Shown here piece by piece: positions 47,389 to 59,700 of a stretch of DNA of 64,000 nucleotides. Source of the stretch: a virus (lineage: Duplodnaviria > Caudoviricetes); the IMG/VR virus record IMGVR_UViG_2747842453_000002, positions 56,763-120,762 of that record; one strand, given 5' to 3'. The translations under genes were made by a program, and so were the position numbers. Each line of letters begins with the position of its first letter. Positions within the stretch are counted from its first letter, which is position 1. The notes beneath the pieces were generated by a model. The model was not told the DNA's origin. It did not search any database and saw only the letters and a program-made list of their open reading frames with translations.

Positions 47389-50300
47389 CTATATTAGTTG
47401 TCTTTCTAGTTGTTCTGCAAGAAATGCAATTTTTTCTACAGCAGACATGATGTAAATAGTATCTCCAGGTTCTATATTAACTGCTAGCCCAGTGAATAAT
47501 GATCGCTCATTAATATGTATTGTGGCATCATTTTTTTCACTATAGTGCATAAATTCTAACTTACCAGATGAATTTTCAACTGCAATTAAAATTACACTGT
47601 TTGCAACCGCAGTCCTAAATTTACTTGCATCGGTTACTGTTATTTGTCTATACCCATTTTCCAACGATACAGATGCAACCGTATCAGAGTCTATAGTATG
47701 CATTAAATGTCCATTACCAAATGTATCATACACTACAAACGTCTTCTTGTCAAGTGTTGAATTGCCTATACCATCTGTAATATCTGATGAATATTCATCA
47801 ATTCGTAAAACAGTTGATTCTAATATTTGTGATTCTACCAGTCCAGTGTCAATGCCACCTTTATCTGCGGTAACGGAGTATGGATTTCTTAATATTTTGC
47901 CAGTATCATATTTGCCATCTTTTATATCCAGGAACTCATCGTCTGGTATTATACCACCATCATACGTAGTATAATCATATCTGCTATAATCACTGCCCAG
48001 GTCTATTGTTAATTTCATATGATGTAGTGTATCTACATTGGCAAGAATATCTTCACTTAATGGATAGATTCTACGAGCATGACGTAACTTAGTATGATAC
48101 GGCTTTGCTTCCATAATATATTCAATAGTATCAGTATATGTATCATTTTGATAAATTGCATATTGTCGTAATGGTTTATTTAATAGTGTCAAATCAATAT
48201 AACTCGTTTTAAACAGCCATTCCGGATGTTCATTTTCAGTATACAAATAATTTAACATATCAAAGAATACATCTTTAATAAACGATGTTTTCCCATAATA
48301 ATATATCATGTCAATAAACTCATGTAACTGGGTACTGATAACATTGGTATAATACTTGGATTCGCCACCATTGCCTGTCTGCCCTGGTATAAGTATATCG
48401 TCAAAATTCAAATTCATTGATCCATCTTTTTTATTGACCAATGTAATTTGATCTAGATTGCCATAAGGAAAATAAAATTCTTCATAGTCTGGATTTTTTA
48501 TTTTAAACGATCTTATACCACTATTAGCCATACTACGCATATCAATATTTCTCGTATTTCCTAGATATTGATAACTTGTAATCGTTTCATAGTCTGAGTC
48601 TATATACCAATTGGTACTGTTGAAGATATAGTGATCTAACTTGATATAATCTTCATAAAATGGAAATTCCGAACTTAGTAGTTTATTATTAAAGAATGTA
48701 TTAATTATTACTTTAAAATTTTCACGTGCATATTCTACATTCTCAAACAAATTATCTGAGATGTTTTCTAATTCATATACACGAACAACATCATTCTTGA
48801 TTACATCCCTATTGTTATTAATGATTAATTCATCACCGTCAATAGTAAAATCAGTAATTTCTAAAAATTCATTATTGACAGATACGGATATATCTTCTAT
48901 ATCTAAATCTAATAGAAACTCATCCTTTACTATAGCGCCATTAACATTGATATTGTTTTCATTGACTCTTACCTGAAATTTATTTGATATTTTGGAGTTT
49001 GCAATACTATTTTTAAGTCTCTCTAGATAATCTGCCATAATCGGCTTATCTGATTCGCGGGAAATCATTTCCCAATCAGTATGTTTATCTTGTCTATCTA
49101 CGGTATCTTGATATTCAGTCGTAACTGTAATTGTTTTGTTTGAACGTGCCACTTTATTATTTAAAACAATAGTATTACTATTAATTGGTATAAATTTATT
49201 TTTAATAGAACCAGTTTCAATAATCATTCTTATTTCATCAGTGCTATACTCTTTGTTATAACGTGGCAAAGTTCCTATACTTGTCCAATAGAAATAAGTT
49301 GTGACTTCTTTGTTTTTAGCATCATTCCACTCTTTTTTGGTATTAAACCATGTAATACCAGCAGGCAATATTTCATTTTTTACCCACTGTTTAATTTCAA
49401 CTACTGAGCCATCAACAATTTTACCCCAAAATCTTTTTGTGTAATCTGGAATAATATTGCCATTCGCATCACCGTAGTCATTATAACGATAATATCTAGT
49501 GCTATTTGTATCCCACCAAATTTCTCCTAGATGTTCATCAAGCCATAATCCACTACTCAGAAATTCATCATATTTTGATGGATCGTTCCAACTAATATAG
49601 TCAATATCTTTCATTATAGAACCCGGCAATTTTAAATTTAAAGGATCATATAAATTATGAATTTTAAATTCAGTATCATCTTCTTTTATTATAACTCTAT
49701 CAATTAAATCTACATCAACTTCTTTTGCTTTTCTATTTAAGACTTGAAGACTGCCAACTGTATTTCTTAGAATTACTGCCCAGCCATCATCTCCTGTGTA
49801 GTTATCTACCCACAATCTACTAGTGTCATTAAGACCCAAATCTCTATAAAATTCATCAAATGATTCTCCGTTATATCCTGGAGTATATCTAACAGATTTC
49901 CATCTCATCACTTTAAAGTTTATATTACTAACATTACTATACTCAGTATATAGTCCAATCTTATCTAATAATAATTGACTTGTTCCTTCAAATGACAAAC
50001 TAATTTGATCGATAACATTAATAACAATTCTACCATCCGATGTAATAAGAGCCGATACTGAATCTGATTGTTCGTTTATCTGAGATATGAATTGTATAGC
50101 AGATTGACTTAATACAATGTTAGATATATATTCACCAGAAACAATGCCAACAGCAGTGAGTGGTGTTCCAAGTACATTTGAAATGTTAATCTTATATTCA
50201 TTGCCAGATATTAATAATCTATCATCTACGTTACTCGCAGAAAATGTAACCGTTGTCAATGAAGAATTTATATCTGAAATAATATTTTCTAAAGAGTTTA

Positions 50301-53300
50301 CAGTAATAGATGTAGAATTAAATCCAAGTCTAGCCATTGCACCATCGGTAACTTCTGATAATTGCAATGATATTCCACTACTTGTTAATTTTAATTTACC
50401 ATCAGAAATGCTGGCGGTCACATTGACAATGTTAAGATCGTTAATCTGTGTCTTAATACTCTCAGTAGTTGGAGATAAATTTCTATCAAAATCAGAACTA
50501 TCGAAATTAAATGCAGCAAATTGTTCGCCACTCAATGACATTGTATTTCCAGTACGGGATATTTCAAGTTTGTTATTCTGTAATGCAGCAGATATGTTGG
50601 CCTGTGTGTTTATTTGTACTGCTAAATTGCCCAACTTTGTTTCAGTATATGGTGAAGACCCGATTAGTCCTAAAATATCAACCGCGGTAGAACCCTGTAT
50701 CGTAACTGAAGGTTCAGTAGAGGTTAATACAAGTTTATTATCAATCGAAGTTGCATTGACCGCATTTGTTGATGCATTAATAGTATCAATAATATCACTT
50801 AATTCAAATGGAATAACAGTGTCATCGGATTGGTCACTTGCAGTGCCGGCGTCATCTATTACAGGAGTGAATATTATAGTATCATCATTAATAATTATAG
50901 ACGTAGGACTTGTGATTTGTGGGTTACTCACTGTTCCAGAAATTACAATATCTTCTGCTGTATATGCTACAGAGGTGTCACCAGTAACAATTAATTCAGA
51001 TCCAGATGGTAGCGAATCAGACGTATCAATTCCCGATGTTGCTACAATAGGTCCCGTATCAATGTTGCTAACTATAAAATTAACATCATCAATTGTAATA
51101 GTATCATTTTCTTGTGCAGTAACATTGTTTGTTGCCTGTGCTACTGTTCCAGTAAATGTGACGATACTATTGCCAGCATTTAATTGATTATCAAATTGAT
51201 CAAATACACTAATATCAATTTTATCTCCAGGTGTAACAACAGGATTAACTATTGCAGCATTATCACCTCCTATACGTAACGCTGAAGTTGAACCAGCAGT
51301 ATCATTGGAATCAAATACAAAACTAGTATTATTAATTACAAGTGTTTCACCGTCAATTATATTGGGATTAGAATTTAGACTTATTGCTTCTACGCCAGTT
51401 GAATCATTGGATGGAACAAAAACACTATTGTCTGTTGTAGTATCAATTTCAACAGCAATCGGTTCAAAATCAGTATCAAAGACAAGATATTTAAAAACAG
51501 TAGTGCCATCTGATGCTTCTATTGTACCATCTTCAATAAGATAATAATATCCATTTAATTCTGGATCAATTTCCTCATTGTTAATTCTTAAATAAACTGT
51601 ATCGGTTACATCTATTTCATTGATTAACACAATGTAAAGTTGTGAATCTTCAGTTTCACCAACAAATACAATTTGTGCAACTTCGCTTAATCTTCTAACA
51701 TCCCAATCTCTTAGTGTATCAAATTGTATCCATGCCAAATCACCTTCATAATAATTTTCACTAACAGTTGTTTCTAATATTGTAGAGTTTCTTACAACAT
51801 AATTAACATCTCTGCTATTGACATATCCGGTTGTTTTAATAGGTGTTGTTCTCGGTGTTGTACGGTACAAAAATGGATTACTGTCATATGTAACAGTGTA
51901 AGGATCAGTGAATATAGTTCCAGTCTCAATATCCTTACTAATCGATATATTTCTGTTTAAGTTTCCATAACTATCAAGTTTTAATGCCCATACTTCATCA
52001 GAACCAATATCAGAAAAATTAGAATTATTATTAATAATTTTATTGATACTACCGGGAGTACCTTTATCTGATATGAATCCTTTATAAAATTCCAATTGTG
52101 ACTCACGTTCTATCATATGATTTGATAGATAACTTCTAGGAGTAAACCCAATATGACTTGCTTTTATCAAATTTATATTTGACAAACTTTGATCCACCAT
52201 TGTATCTCTATAGAATTTAGTATCAGAAATCATTGTCTCAAAATTGGGGTTCAATGTATTGTTCTGAACAATGTAGCCGTCGATTCCTAATGTACCATTC
52301 CAGTCATCAGTTCTATTACAATCAATCATCATTCTTAAATTTCTATTATGATTAATAGGATCATAAATCACATCACCAAAGTTATCGATACGATCAACAA
52401 CAAATGCATGTTCTATATCAACAATATCTATTTTCATGCCATAAACTGGTACTACCGATTCCCATGTTATAGAATCGCCTTCTGAGAAGAATTTGATTGC
52501 TGTACTAGGTATTTGTCTACCACTGCTATCAAGAACTTTGTAGAAATTTTTGTTATTTTCTCTTTGAACACTAGCAATGCCATATGGAGCAGAAAAACTG
52601 CCAGTAAGTAATATCGGCGTCAAAGTTATAAACTCACCAATTTCATGTTGTTCTGCCGTCCATTCCAGAAATTTAATCAATAGACTTTCAAAATTTACAC
52701 TTTCACCGGAATCATTGATATCAGTGAAACTCCACCCAACTGTCGTTAAATAATTTTGATATCCAATAAGAAGTTGTGCAACATCATCTACTGAATATAA
52801 TATATCGCCATAGTTATGGGTTTTCAATTGGTCGATAAATGTATCTTTATATCCTTTAGCGACAATTCTATTTACCCTGGGCCAACTCTCTAAAATCTTC
52901 CAGTATGTATCTTGATCATCATTGAATGATGCACTACTATTATGGTCATATAGTGAGATATATGGGACACCCTGATATACTACATATGTATCTTGTTTAT
53001 AGAATGCATTTGCTTGCCAATCATTAATAATTGCTTCATCGCCTTGCGTTTTCCATAATTTTTCACCTGATGTTATATCCCAATTCAAAGTAAAGAATTG
53101 TGGATTAAAATCATCATATCCATTGATTCTATATCCAAACTTTTTAATCTTAGGTTGTGCAATAAGTGTCCATGCTGTATAATCAAAATTTATTTCTTTT
53201 GTAATTTCTTTAAACGTTGCAGATTCAACTTTTCGAACATAATATCTGTTATCTGATGGATTATATACTATATCTTCTTGTTGATATGTTGCAGTATCAT

Positions 53301-56300
53301 CTATATTATAAGTAGGATAAGAAACGTCCAATGAAACTTTTTCTAGTACTATAGCACTAAAACTTTCAGAACGATTTGGCTCACCAGAGTGAATAAACAA
53401 ATCATAATTATCTCTTGGAATCTCTGCATATCTTGAATTTGATAATCCACTTTTTTCACTGTTTAGTTTAAAGTTATTAACAAATCCACCTAACTTAGAT
53501 CCTAGTTTAAATTCATATCCTTCCTGTTCTTTAAGTATACGATCCGTATCTATACTTTCAATTTGATGAAATATATTTACTACGGTATTTAATTCATCAG
53601 AATATAAATCTATTATCTCAAAAGGCTTTGCAATCATTGCCATCAAAAATTCAATAAACGAGTATTCACTACTACGTCTCCATGCTTGTTCAATAGGAGA
53701 ACCGTCACCAAATTCCCAATCTTGGTTCATTAATTCAATCTCTTTTAAGGTAGTTTGCGAATTGAAAAATAAATCATCAATTGTGCGAATATCGCCATTT
53801 TCATCTATAGGAATAGGCCAATTTGTAGAATATGTTGATTTTAATTCTTCCCAAAATTCATACTGAGTGTATCTACCAGAATTCATTTCAAAGCCTTCTG
53901 GTGGTATACTATACCCAACTGTTACCCAAGGTTCTATTGTTGGATGGTCTGTGCCATAAGCATATTGAAAAATACCACGCCAATATCCAGGTGAAGCATC
54001 ATTACGTGCACGATAATTCCATGTTTTATAATCATCAGCATTATAATCTGTATTATATAGATTGTCAATATTATTACGTAACATCCACTTTTTAAAGAAT
54101 GGATACATAATATATTTTTTTTCATTTAAAGAATACTCAATCGTACTATTTCTGTACATACCATATTTTGTTTTCTTTATACTTGTACTACTCTCGGTTT
54201 GTTCAATTCTATTATATACCAAACTTTCAAACATTAATGTGATGTCATCAGTTCTGTCACCCCATATTAGGGTTTTTGAACCATCGTGTCCAACCAAGAA
54301 TGTTTTTTCTTCATCATATTCAGTGTCTGTTATATATCTAGGCTTATACACCGCATTTAATCCTAGTTTAGTTGCACTGGGAGGAATAAATGTTTCTTTT
54401 AATATTGTATAATATCTAACCTCAATTACATCATCTGCATCGATAGTTCTATCAAACTCAACTTCAACCTCATTTAACATTTTATAATCAGTTGCTATTT
54501 TACCATTTATCAAGATACTAATATTATCATTATAGACAATTTCTGTAGCAACTGAACTTGGTATAAACTGAGTTTTTGCTCCCGCAACAATCGGATTAAC
54601 TTTTGCTGTTATATAATGTGTTGGAGTATCGCCAGCATTTATCATCATACTGCCATCAAATACACTGATGTTTTGTCTTTTCGCTAGAGCGATTGCACTT
54701 ACTGCCTGTTCAAGAATATCAGAATCGCTCATTGTTTCACTATCAGCAGTATTCAATATTTCTTGTACATTGTTGATAAAATTATTCTTATAACTATTAT
54801 ATGCAGTTGCAATATATTCAAGTGCAGTATATGGATTATAGTCATCTCTGGTTATTGCAAAGTATGCTTTTTTAATGTCAATAGAATTACGAACCATAAT
54901 ACTACCAAATTTATTGTGGCGAAGTTTATCAGTATTATCACCTATATTACGATAGTTGTTAACAGCAATTTGATTTCCTGTAAGTCCAATGGAAGTCTCA
55001 ATTTGTCTTTTAAAATGCTCAAAAACGGTAGAGTATGTAAAGTTTCTATCATTATGTGTTTCATTGTCTGGATTATATTCAAGTGCTGGATCAATACGTT
55101 GCCATGCGGTATCGCCATCAATAACCACGTTATCTTTTGTTGTAAAATCTACATATACATATCCTGTTACCGGACTATTAAATATAATGAACTTGCCGTC
55201 AAAAACTGTATAATTATCAATTTGCTTGATACCTTCTACATAAACGTCAATAGTCTCATCTGTTTTTGCCTCTTGTAACAACTGCAATATGCTATGTTCT
55301 GCTTTTCCGTATTCATGACGCAAATTTCTATAATCAAATTCTGTTATAATATATAAGTTATGATGGGTATCATTTATTTTATATGTCACGTTATCTGCTA
55401 AGTCAATATTAAATGTAAATTCACTCTGATAATCACCAGGAGTCAATAAAGCCTGTATAGACAAAAATTTGTCAACGATACTATCTTCGTCTTCAACGTA
55501 ATGAAAAATTTTACTATCTTCACTTGTATTTAATTCTGAATCATATACTTTAAAAGTAGGTACTTCCCATTCAACGGCTGCCTGACTACTATCGCTTAAT
55601 TCAATATTACGATCAAATTCAATTATAGGTCTTTTTGCTTGTATTATATATGATTTATTTTCATCATTTATATATTGGCGAATGTCATCATAATGATACC
55701 AGGAATTTCTATCACTCCACCAATTTATTGAACTAGTAGTGTCATCATTCTTATCAATAGTTATATAATGTGTATCATTACTATTGCCTAAACTAAAGAC
55801 ATTTGCAAGTTCAGTATATATTTCCCAATCTGGAGTGCTTGTTTCTGGATTCTCACGATATTCTATTAAGTTAATTATACCCTGTGTCTTATTTGGAAAT
55901 CGCAATGCATATGGATTAACTTCTATATTCCAACGATCTTGTATTGTATCACGTAGAATATAATTATTTTCTCCCAAGAGAAGTGTAATTCGTAATTCTG
56001 ATGTATTTACATATGTATCACCTGCGCTTGGTGTTACAGGTCTTATATCTGACTGCGTAAATGTCGGAGATGACGTATCACTTGTGCCCAACCTTGCCCA
56101 GCCGTCAACTGTCTTTATCCAGTAAACAACTTGATTTTTTGAAATTACAACAGCATAATCTCCTATTTCAGCGAAATCATCTTTGGGAGCAACTTTAGCA
56201 TTAATTAATGGTGCAAGATTATCTGTTCCTGGTTCTCCGTTAAGTATGTATGGTTTTTGTTTAATCCATTCGCTATAGCCAGAATCATAAACTTTATATT

Positions 56301-56733
56301 CGTATAGAGCATATTCACTTGTAAAGCCCATATTTACCCAGTAATATAATTCCCAATTACAGAATTTATCAATATCAATTGGCAAATTAATCGTATATGT
56401 ATCAGATTTAAATAATCTTCTATGATCATTAGTTAATGATCCTTTATTATACATTGAATTTAGTAAATCATCATAGTATATGTTGTCTCCAATATTAGTA
56501 TTAGAGAATACAGGTTCTAACCCGTAATTGTCACGCTGAAATAGATGATCAGGAAATGACACATATGCATCATTGTCGTTATATACTCCTTTTTCTTTTC
56601 TTCCTATAAAAGCCTTTGTTTTCGTAACACTGCCAGCAGAAAATGCTCTCTCAAGGGTACTATCGAAAATAGTCTCTAACTCTTTATTTTGAAGATGTAC
56701 TGGTAAAAGATTGTATATTTTATTATTTGCCAT
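47389..56733 (-). CDS. very large virion structural protein (baseplate wedge/tail-associated), 3114 aa
   Basis: Follows the gp6-like gene; DIDKFCNWELYYW N-terminus, KPYHTKLR near C-terminus, internal repeats. Confidence 0.75.
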   Translation of the reverse strand: MANNKIYNLLPVHLQNKELETIFDSTLERAFSAGSVTKTKAFIGRKEKGVYNDNDAYVSFPDHLFQRDNYGLEPVFSNTNIGDNIYYDDLLNSMYNKGSLTNDHRRLFKSDTYTINLPIDIDKFCNWELYYWVNMGFTSEYALYEYKVYDSGYSEWIKQKPYILNGEPGTDNLAPLINAKVAPKDDFAEIGDYAVVISKNQVVYWIKTVDGWARLGTSDTSSPTFTQSDIRPVTPSAGDTYVNTSELRITLLLGENNYILRDTIQDRWNIEVNPYALRFPNKTQGIINLIEYRENPETSTPDWEIYTELANVFSLGNSNDTHYITIDKNDDTTSSINWWSDRNSWYHYDDIRQYINDENKSYIIQAKRPIIEFDRNIELSDSSQAAVEWEVPTFKVYDSELNTSEDSKIFHYVEDEDSIVDKFLSIQALLTPGDYQSEFTFNIDLADNVTYKINDTHHNLYIITEFDYRNLRHEYGKAEHSILQLLQEAKTDETIDVYVEGIKQIDNYTVFDGKFIIFNSPVTGYVYVDFTTKDNVVIDGDTAWQRIDPALEYNPDNETHNDRNFTYSTVFEHFKRQIETSIGLTGNQIAVNNYRNIGDNTDKLRHNKFGSIMVRNSIDIKKAYFAITRDDYNPYTALEYIATAYNSYKNNFINNVQEILNTADSETMSDSDILEQAVSAIALAKRQNISVFDGSMMINAGDTPTHYITAKVNPIVAGAKTQFIPSSVATEIVYNDNISILINGKIATDYKMLNEVEVEFDRTIDADDVIEVRYYTILKETFIPPSATKLGLNAVYKPRYITDTEYDEEKTFLVGHDGSKTLIWGDRTDDITLMFESLVYNRIEQTESSTSIKKTKYGMYRNSTIEYSLNEKKYIMYPFFKKWMLRNNIDNLYNTDYNADDYKTWNYRARNDASPGYWRGIFQYAYGTDHPTIEPWVTVGYSIPPEGFEMNSGRYTQYEFWEELKSTYSTNWPIPIDENGDIRTIDDLFFNSQTTLKEIELMNQDWEFGDGSPIEQAWRRSSEYSFIEFLMAMIAKPFEIIDLYSDELNTVVNIFHQIESIDTDRILKEQEGYEFKLGSKLGGFVNNFKLNSEKSGLSNSRYAEIPRDNYDLFIHSGEPNRSESFSAIVLEKVSLDVSYPTYNIDDTATYQQEDIVYNPSDNRYYVRKVESATFKEITKEINFDYTAWTLIAQPKIKKFGYRINGYDDFNPQFFTLNWDITSGEKLWKTQGDEAIINDWQANAFYKQDTYVVYQGVPYISLYDHNSSASFNDDQDTYWKILESWPRVNRIVAKGYKDTFIDQLKTHNYGDILYSVDDVAQLLIGYQNYLTTVGWSFTDINDSGESVNFESLLIKFLEWTAEQHEIGEFITLTPILLTGSFSAPYGIASVQRENNKNFYKVLDSSGRQIPSTAIKFFSEGDSITWESVVPVYGMKIDIVDIEHAFVVDRIDNFGDVIYDPINHNRNLRMMIDCNRTDDWNGTLGIDGYIVQNNTLNPNFETMISDTKFYRDTMVDQSLSNINLIKASHIGFTPRSYLSNHMIERESQLEFYKGFISDKGTPGSINKIINNNSNFSDIGSDEVWALKLDSYGNLNRNISISKDIETGTIFTDPYTVTYDSNPFLYRTTPRTTPIKTTGYVNSRDVNYVVRNSTILETTVSENYYEGDLAWIQFDTLRDWDVRRLSEVAQIVFVGETEDSQLYIVLINEIDVTDTVYLRINNEEIDPELNGYYYLIEDGTIEASDGTTVFKYLVFDTDFEPIAVEIDTTTDNSVFVPSNDSTGVEAISLNSNPNIIDGETLVINNTSFVFDSNDTAGSTSALRIGGDNAAIVNPVVTPGDKIDISVFDQFDNQLNAGNSIVTFTGTVAQATNNVTAQENDTITIDDVNFIVSNIDTGPIVATSGIDTSDSLPSGSELIVTGDTSVAYTAEDIVISGTVSNPQITSPTSIIINDDTIIFTPVIDDAGTASDQSDDTVIPFELSDIIDTINASTNAVNATSIDNKLVLTSTEPSVTIQGSTAVDILGLIGSSPYTETKLGNLAVQINTQANISAALQNNKLEISRTGNTMSLSGEQFAAFNFDSSDFDRNLSPTTESIKTQINDLNIVNVTASISDGKLKLTSSGISLQLSEVTDGAMARLGFNSTSITVNSLENIISDINSSLTTVTFSASNVDDRLLISGNEYKINISNVLGTPLTAVGIVSGEYISNIVLSQSAIQFISQINEQSDSVSALITSDGRIVINVIDQISLSFEGTSQLLLDKIGLYTEYSNVSNINFKVMRWKSVRYTPGYNGESFDEFYRDLGLNDTSRLWVDNYTGDDGWAVILRNTVGSLQVLNRKAKEVDVDLIDRVIIKEDDTEFKIHNLYDPLNLKLPGSIMKDIDYISWNDPSKYDEFLSSGLWLDEHLGEIWWDTNSTRYYRYNDYGDANGNIIPDYTKRFWGKIVDGSVVEIKQWVKNEILPAGITWFNTKKEWNDAKNKEVTTYFYWTSIGTLPRYNKEYSTDEIRMIIETGSIKNKFIPINSNTIVLNNKVARSNKTITVTTEYQDTVDRQDKHTDWEMISRESDKPIMADYLERLKNSIANSKISNKFQVRVNENNINVNGAIVKDEFLLDLDIEDISVSVNNEFLEITDFTIDGDELIINNNRDVIKNDVVRVYELENISDNLFENVEYARENFKVIINTFFNNKLLSSEFPFYEDYIKLDHYIFNSTNWYIDSDYETITSYQYLGNTRNIDMRSMANSGIRSFKIKNPDYEEFYFPYGNLDQITLVNKKDGSMNLNFDDILIPGQTGNGGESKYYTNVISTQLHEFIDMIYYYGKTSFIKDVFFDMLNYLYTENEHPEWLFKTSYIDLTLLNKPLRQYAIYQNDTYTDTIEYIMEAKPYHTKLRHARRIYPLSEDILANVDTLHHMKLTIDLGSDYSRYDYTTYDGGIIPDDEFLDIKDGKYDTGKILRNPYSVTADKGGIDTGLVESQILESTVLRIDEYSSDITDGIGNSTLDKKTFVVYDTFGNGHLMHTIDSDTVASVSLENGYRQITVTDASKFRTAVANSVILIAVENSSGKLEFMHYSEKNDATIHINERSLFTGLAVNIEPGDTIYIMSAVEKIAFLAEQLERQLI

Positions 56734-56736
56734 TTT

Positions 56737-59700
56737 TTATTCGCCCAATAATTCCGCTGCTACTATACTAGAAATAATTTTAACATCTGCGGATGATGTT
56801 AAACTCAAGAAAATTTCAGTAGGTTCACTACTAATACTTAGCAAGTTTGAAAACTCTCCGGTTTGATATTTTGGTGTTATTATAATACTTGAAACATAAT
56901 TAGGCAAAGTTCTGTGTACATATGCTGCTAATTCTGAAAAGTAAAATGTTTCTCCAAAATCCCAGTTGTCAATATCAAAGAATGTATTAACTGCATTTGC
57001 AACTGCCGTTTTTATTTCACTATCACTGTATGAAGTTCCTGATTTCTTAACAACTTTAAATACCGCTTGGTTCTCTGCTGCAGCAAATGAACCAAATAGA
57101 TATTTAAACTTAACAGGTATATAACTGATATGATCTGATATACTTGCTTTAGGTTCAATACCTTGCATAATTTTTTTCAATTCATAGTTCGTTGGTTCCG
57201 ATGGTATGATATCACTAAAGCCACCATTTATCCATGTATTAACTCTGCGAACATAGTCCGAACTAAGAATATATAAATCAATGATATTACTTGTACCAGG
57301 ATCAATTCTCTTATCAATATCAGCATAATGATCCCATCTAAATGTCATAAATTTGTCTTCAACATAACTTCTTCCCTTCAGGATTCTATAAGTCACACCA
57401 TTATATATAATTTTGTCTTTATTATCTGGATCTACTAATTGATATCTATCAGTTGGCAAAATTTCCCATCCGTTCGCAGTCTTTTCTTGCCATATGCCAT
57501 CATTTAATGTAACATCGACTCCACTTATGAAAAATCTCAATGAAGCGGTCGGTGGTATTCTATCATTTTGTGATTCATTATATGCTATAACTGTATCACT
57601 GATACGTTCATATAATATATTATTATTTTGGTCTGTGTATGTTTCCAATACAATATGTGAGAAATTTACTACTGATATATCGCCAAGATCATCCGCGGCT
57701 TCACTATACACATCTTGATTGGAAAGAACTTCTAGCATACCATGTGGATTTCTAGTTATATCAGTACTACTTAATTTTACCTTACTATAATCAACATATC
57801 CTGCAGGTGTTATATATTTGTCAACTATGTAAGTTTCTGCGTCAGCGTATGATGAAACTCTATCTGTTTTTATACATCTTACCATTCTAGTGAGTTGAAC
57901 TTTAAATTCTGATAATGTGGAAGTTCCACCAATATTATTAACGGTAATAGTATTATCTGTTCCACCATTTGTAGGATCAACTGTCCAAAATAATATTTTA
58001 TAAGTATCAATATCAGTTGTTATAATTTCACAGTGTTTTAAATCTATATCAATTCCATCTGAATCTTGCAATGTAAAGTTATCAGGCGCAACATTCGGTG
58101 CAGTAAAATTTATTTCAGCGAATGCATATTGTTTCCAATATATATCCAGATCCGGACTATCTGGATCTAAGCCATCATTATTTTCATTCTGTATAGAAAA
58201 ACCAGTTGAACTCATATCATCAAAAATAAATTGATATGTGTTAGAACCATCAAACTGTGTAAAGAATTCAGTTTGTACACCAAAATCACTATTAGTCGCA
58301 TTGTATCTAGTTTTACCAGTAGGCAATTCGGATTCATCTACCCATGCAAAATTACCATTATTTGCTGCAATATTAAAATAAGTATCAGATACCTCACCTT
58401 TAAATCCATCCAAAACTAATTGAGAATCTGTATATGTTGAACTATATACAGTGGATGCGGTATTTGAAGCAGCACTATTTGAAATTGATGCCACCCCAAA
58501 CGAAACAACTGATGCGCCGGCAGATACAACAGGAGAATTTGGATCTATCGAATTTATACTGATGTCATCATTGAATGATTCTGTAGATAATTTACTAGAT
58601 AAATTATCTACTGTATATGCAACTGTGTATGTTGGAGAAATTCCTATAGTTGTAGATTCATCTGGAGTAATATCATATGATGATCCTCCAGGTGATATCA
58701 GTGTATGTAAATTTTCAACCACTTCCAAACAATCATTTGTATCCACAAATGTATTTGTAATTACTGCGCCAGGAGTATCTTTCCATTTTATATCGAATGT
58801 TGCAGTATCGTCGGTCTCAACAATATTAATAATATCACCTGTTCCTACATGAATAGTTTGAGTTTCTTCATACGTGTCTTCTAAATTTTTAGTAGTTGAG
58901 TAATATTTCAGAAATAATCGATCACGCTCAGCTAAGTTTGTTTCATTGTTAACAACAAATTTATTGTTATTATAATGAAACTTTATTTGTTTTGTACTGT
59001 CAAACACGATTTTTTTACCAGTGAAACGTGCTGTATATGCTGCTTCATTTTCTCTTATACCAGGAACATATGTAAATGTGATAAACACATCTGTACCTTC
59101 AACAAGTGGAGGATCAACTAATTCATCATGTAATCTCCATCCCCATACATTTGTAGTTGTACCTGATTCATACATCAATGTAAATGTCTGAACTGACAAA
59201 TCTTCTATTTTATTAATTTTTATATTATTAATTTCACTGTCTTCGAGTCTAGTTCTATATCCTCTAACTATTCTATCAATTTCTCCGCTATTCTCGGGAA
59301 TTAAATATTCGATGAAATATGAATCCATTGCTGATCCAGCAACACTAGATTCAATGTTACTGACAGTTGTCCATGTTTTAGTGTTTTCATTTCCACTGTT
59401 TACTAATATATGATCACCAGGATATATATATGTAGTATTATAATTCACAGATGATGATACATCAATGATGCTTTTATTTGTACTTCGGGTATTGAAATTA
59501 AGATTAGGATCTGTAATAACTGAGTTAGGATTGTACATATTTTCACAATAATATAAATTAATTAAACTTGGATGCTTTATAACTTCTGTTATTTTATTTC
59601 TAATAAAATTGTCAATCTGATTATTTTCTCTATTAAAACTCAGACTCATTGTTATATTATCATCTTCCAAGAAGATACTACCGTCTGTTCCTATCGCACT

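Noticed and set aside
50117-51187. 356-aa + strand ORF and the other short antisense ORFs in the track
   Set aside because: They lie wholly opposite well-supported genes, lack RBS and motifs, and are explained by codon bias on the coding strand.
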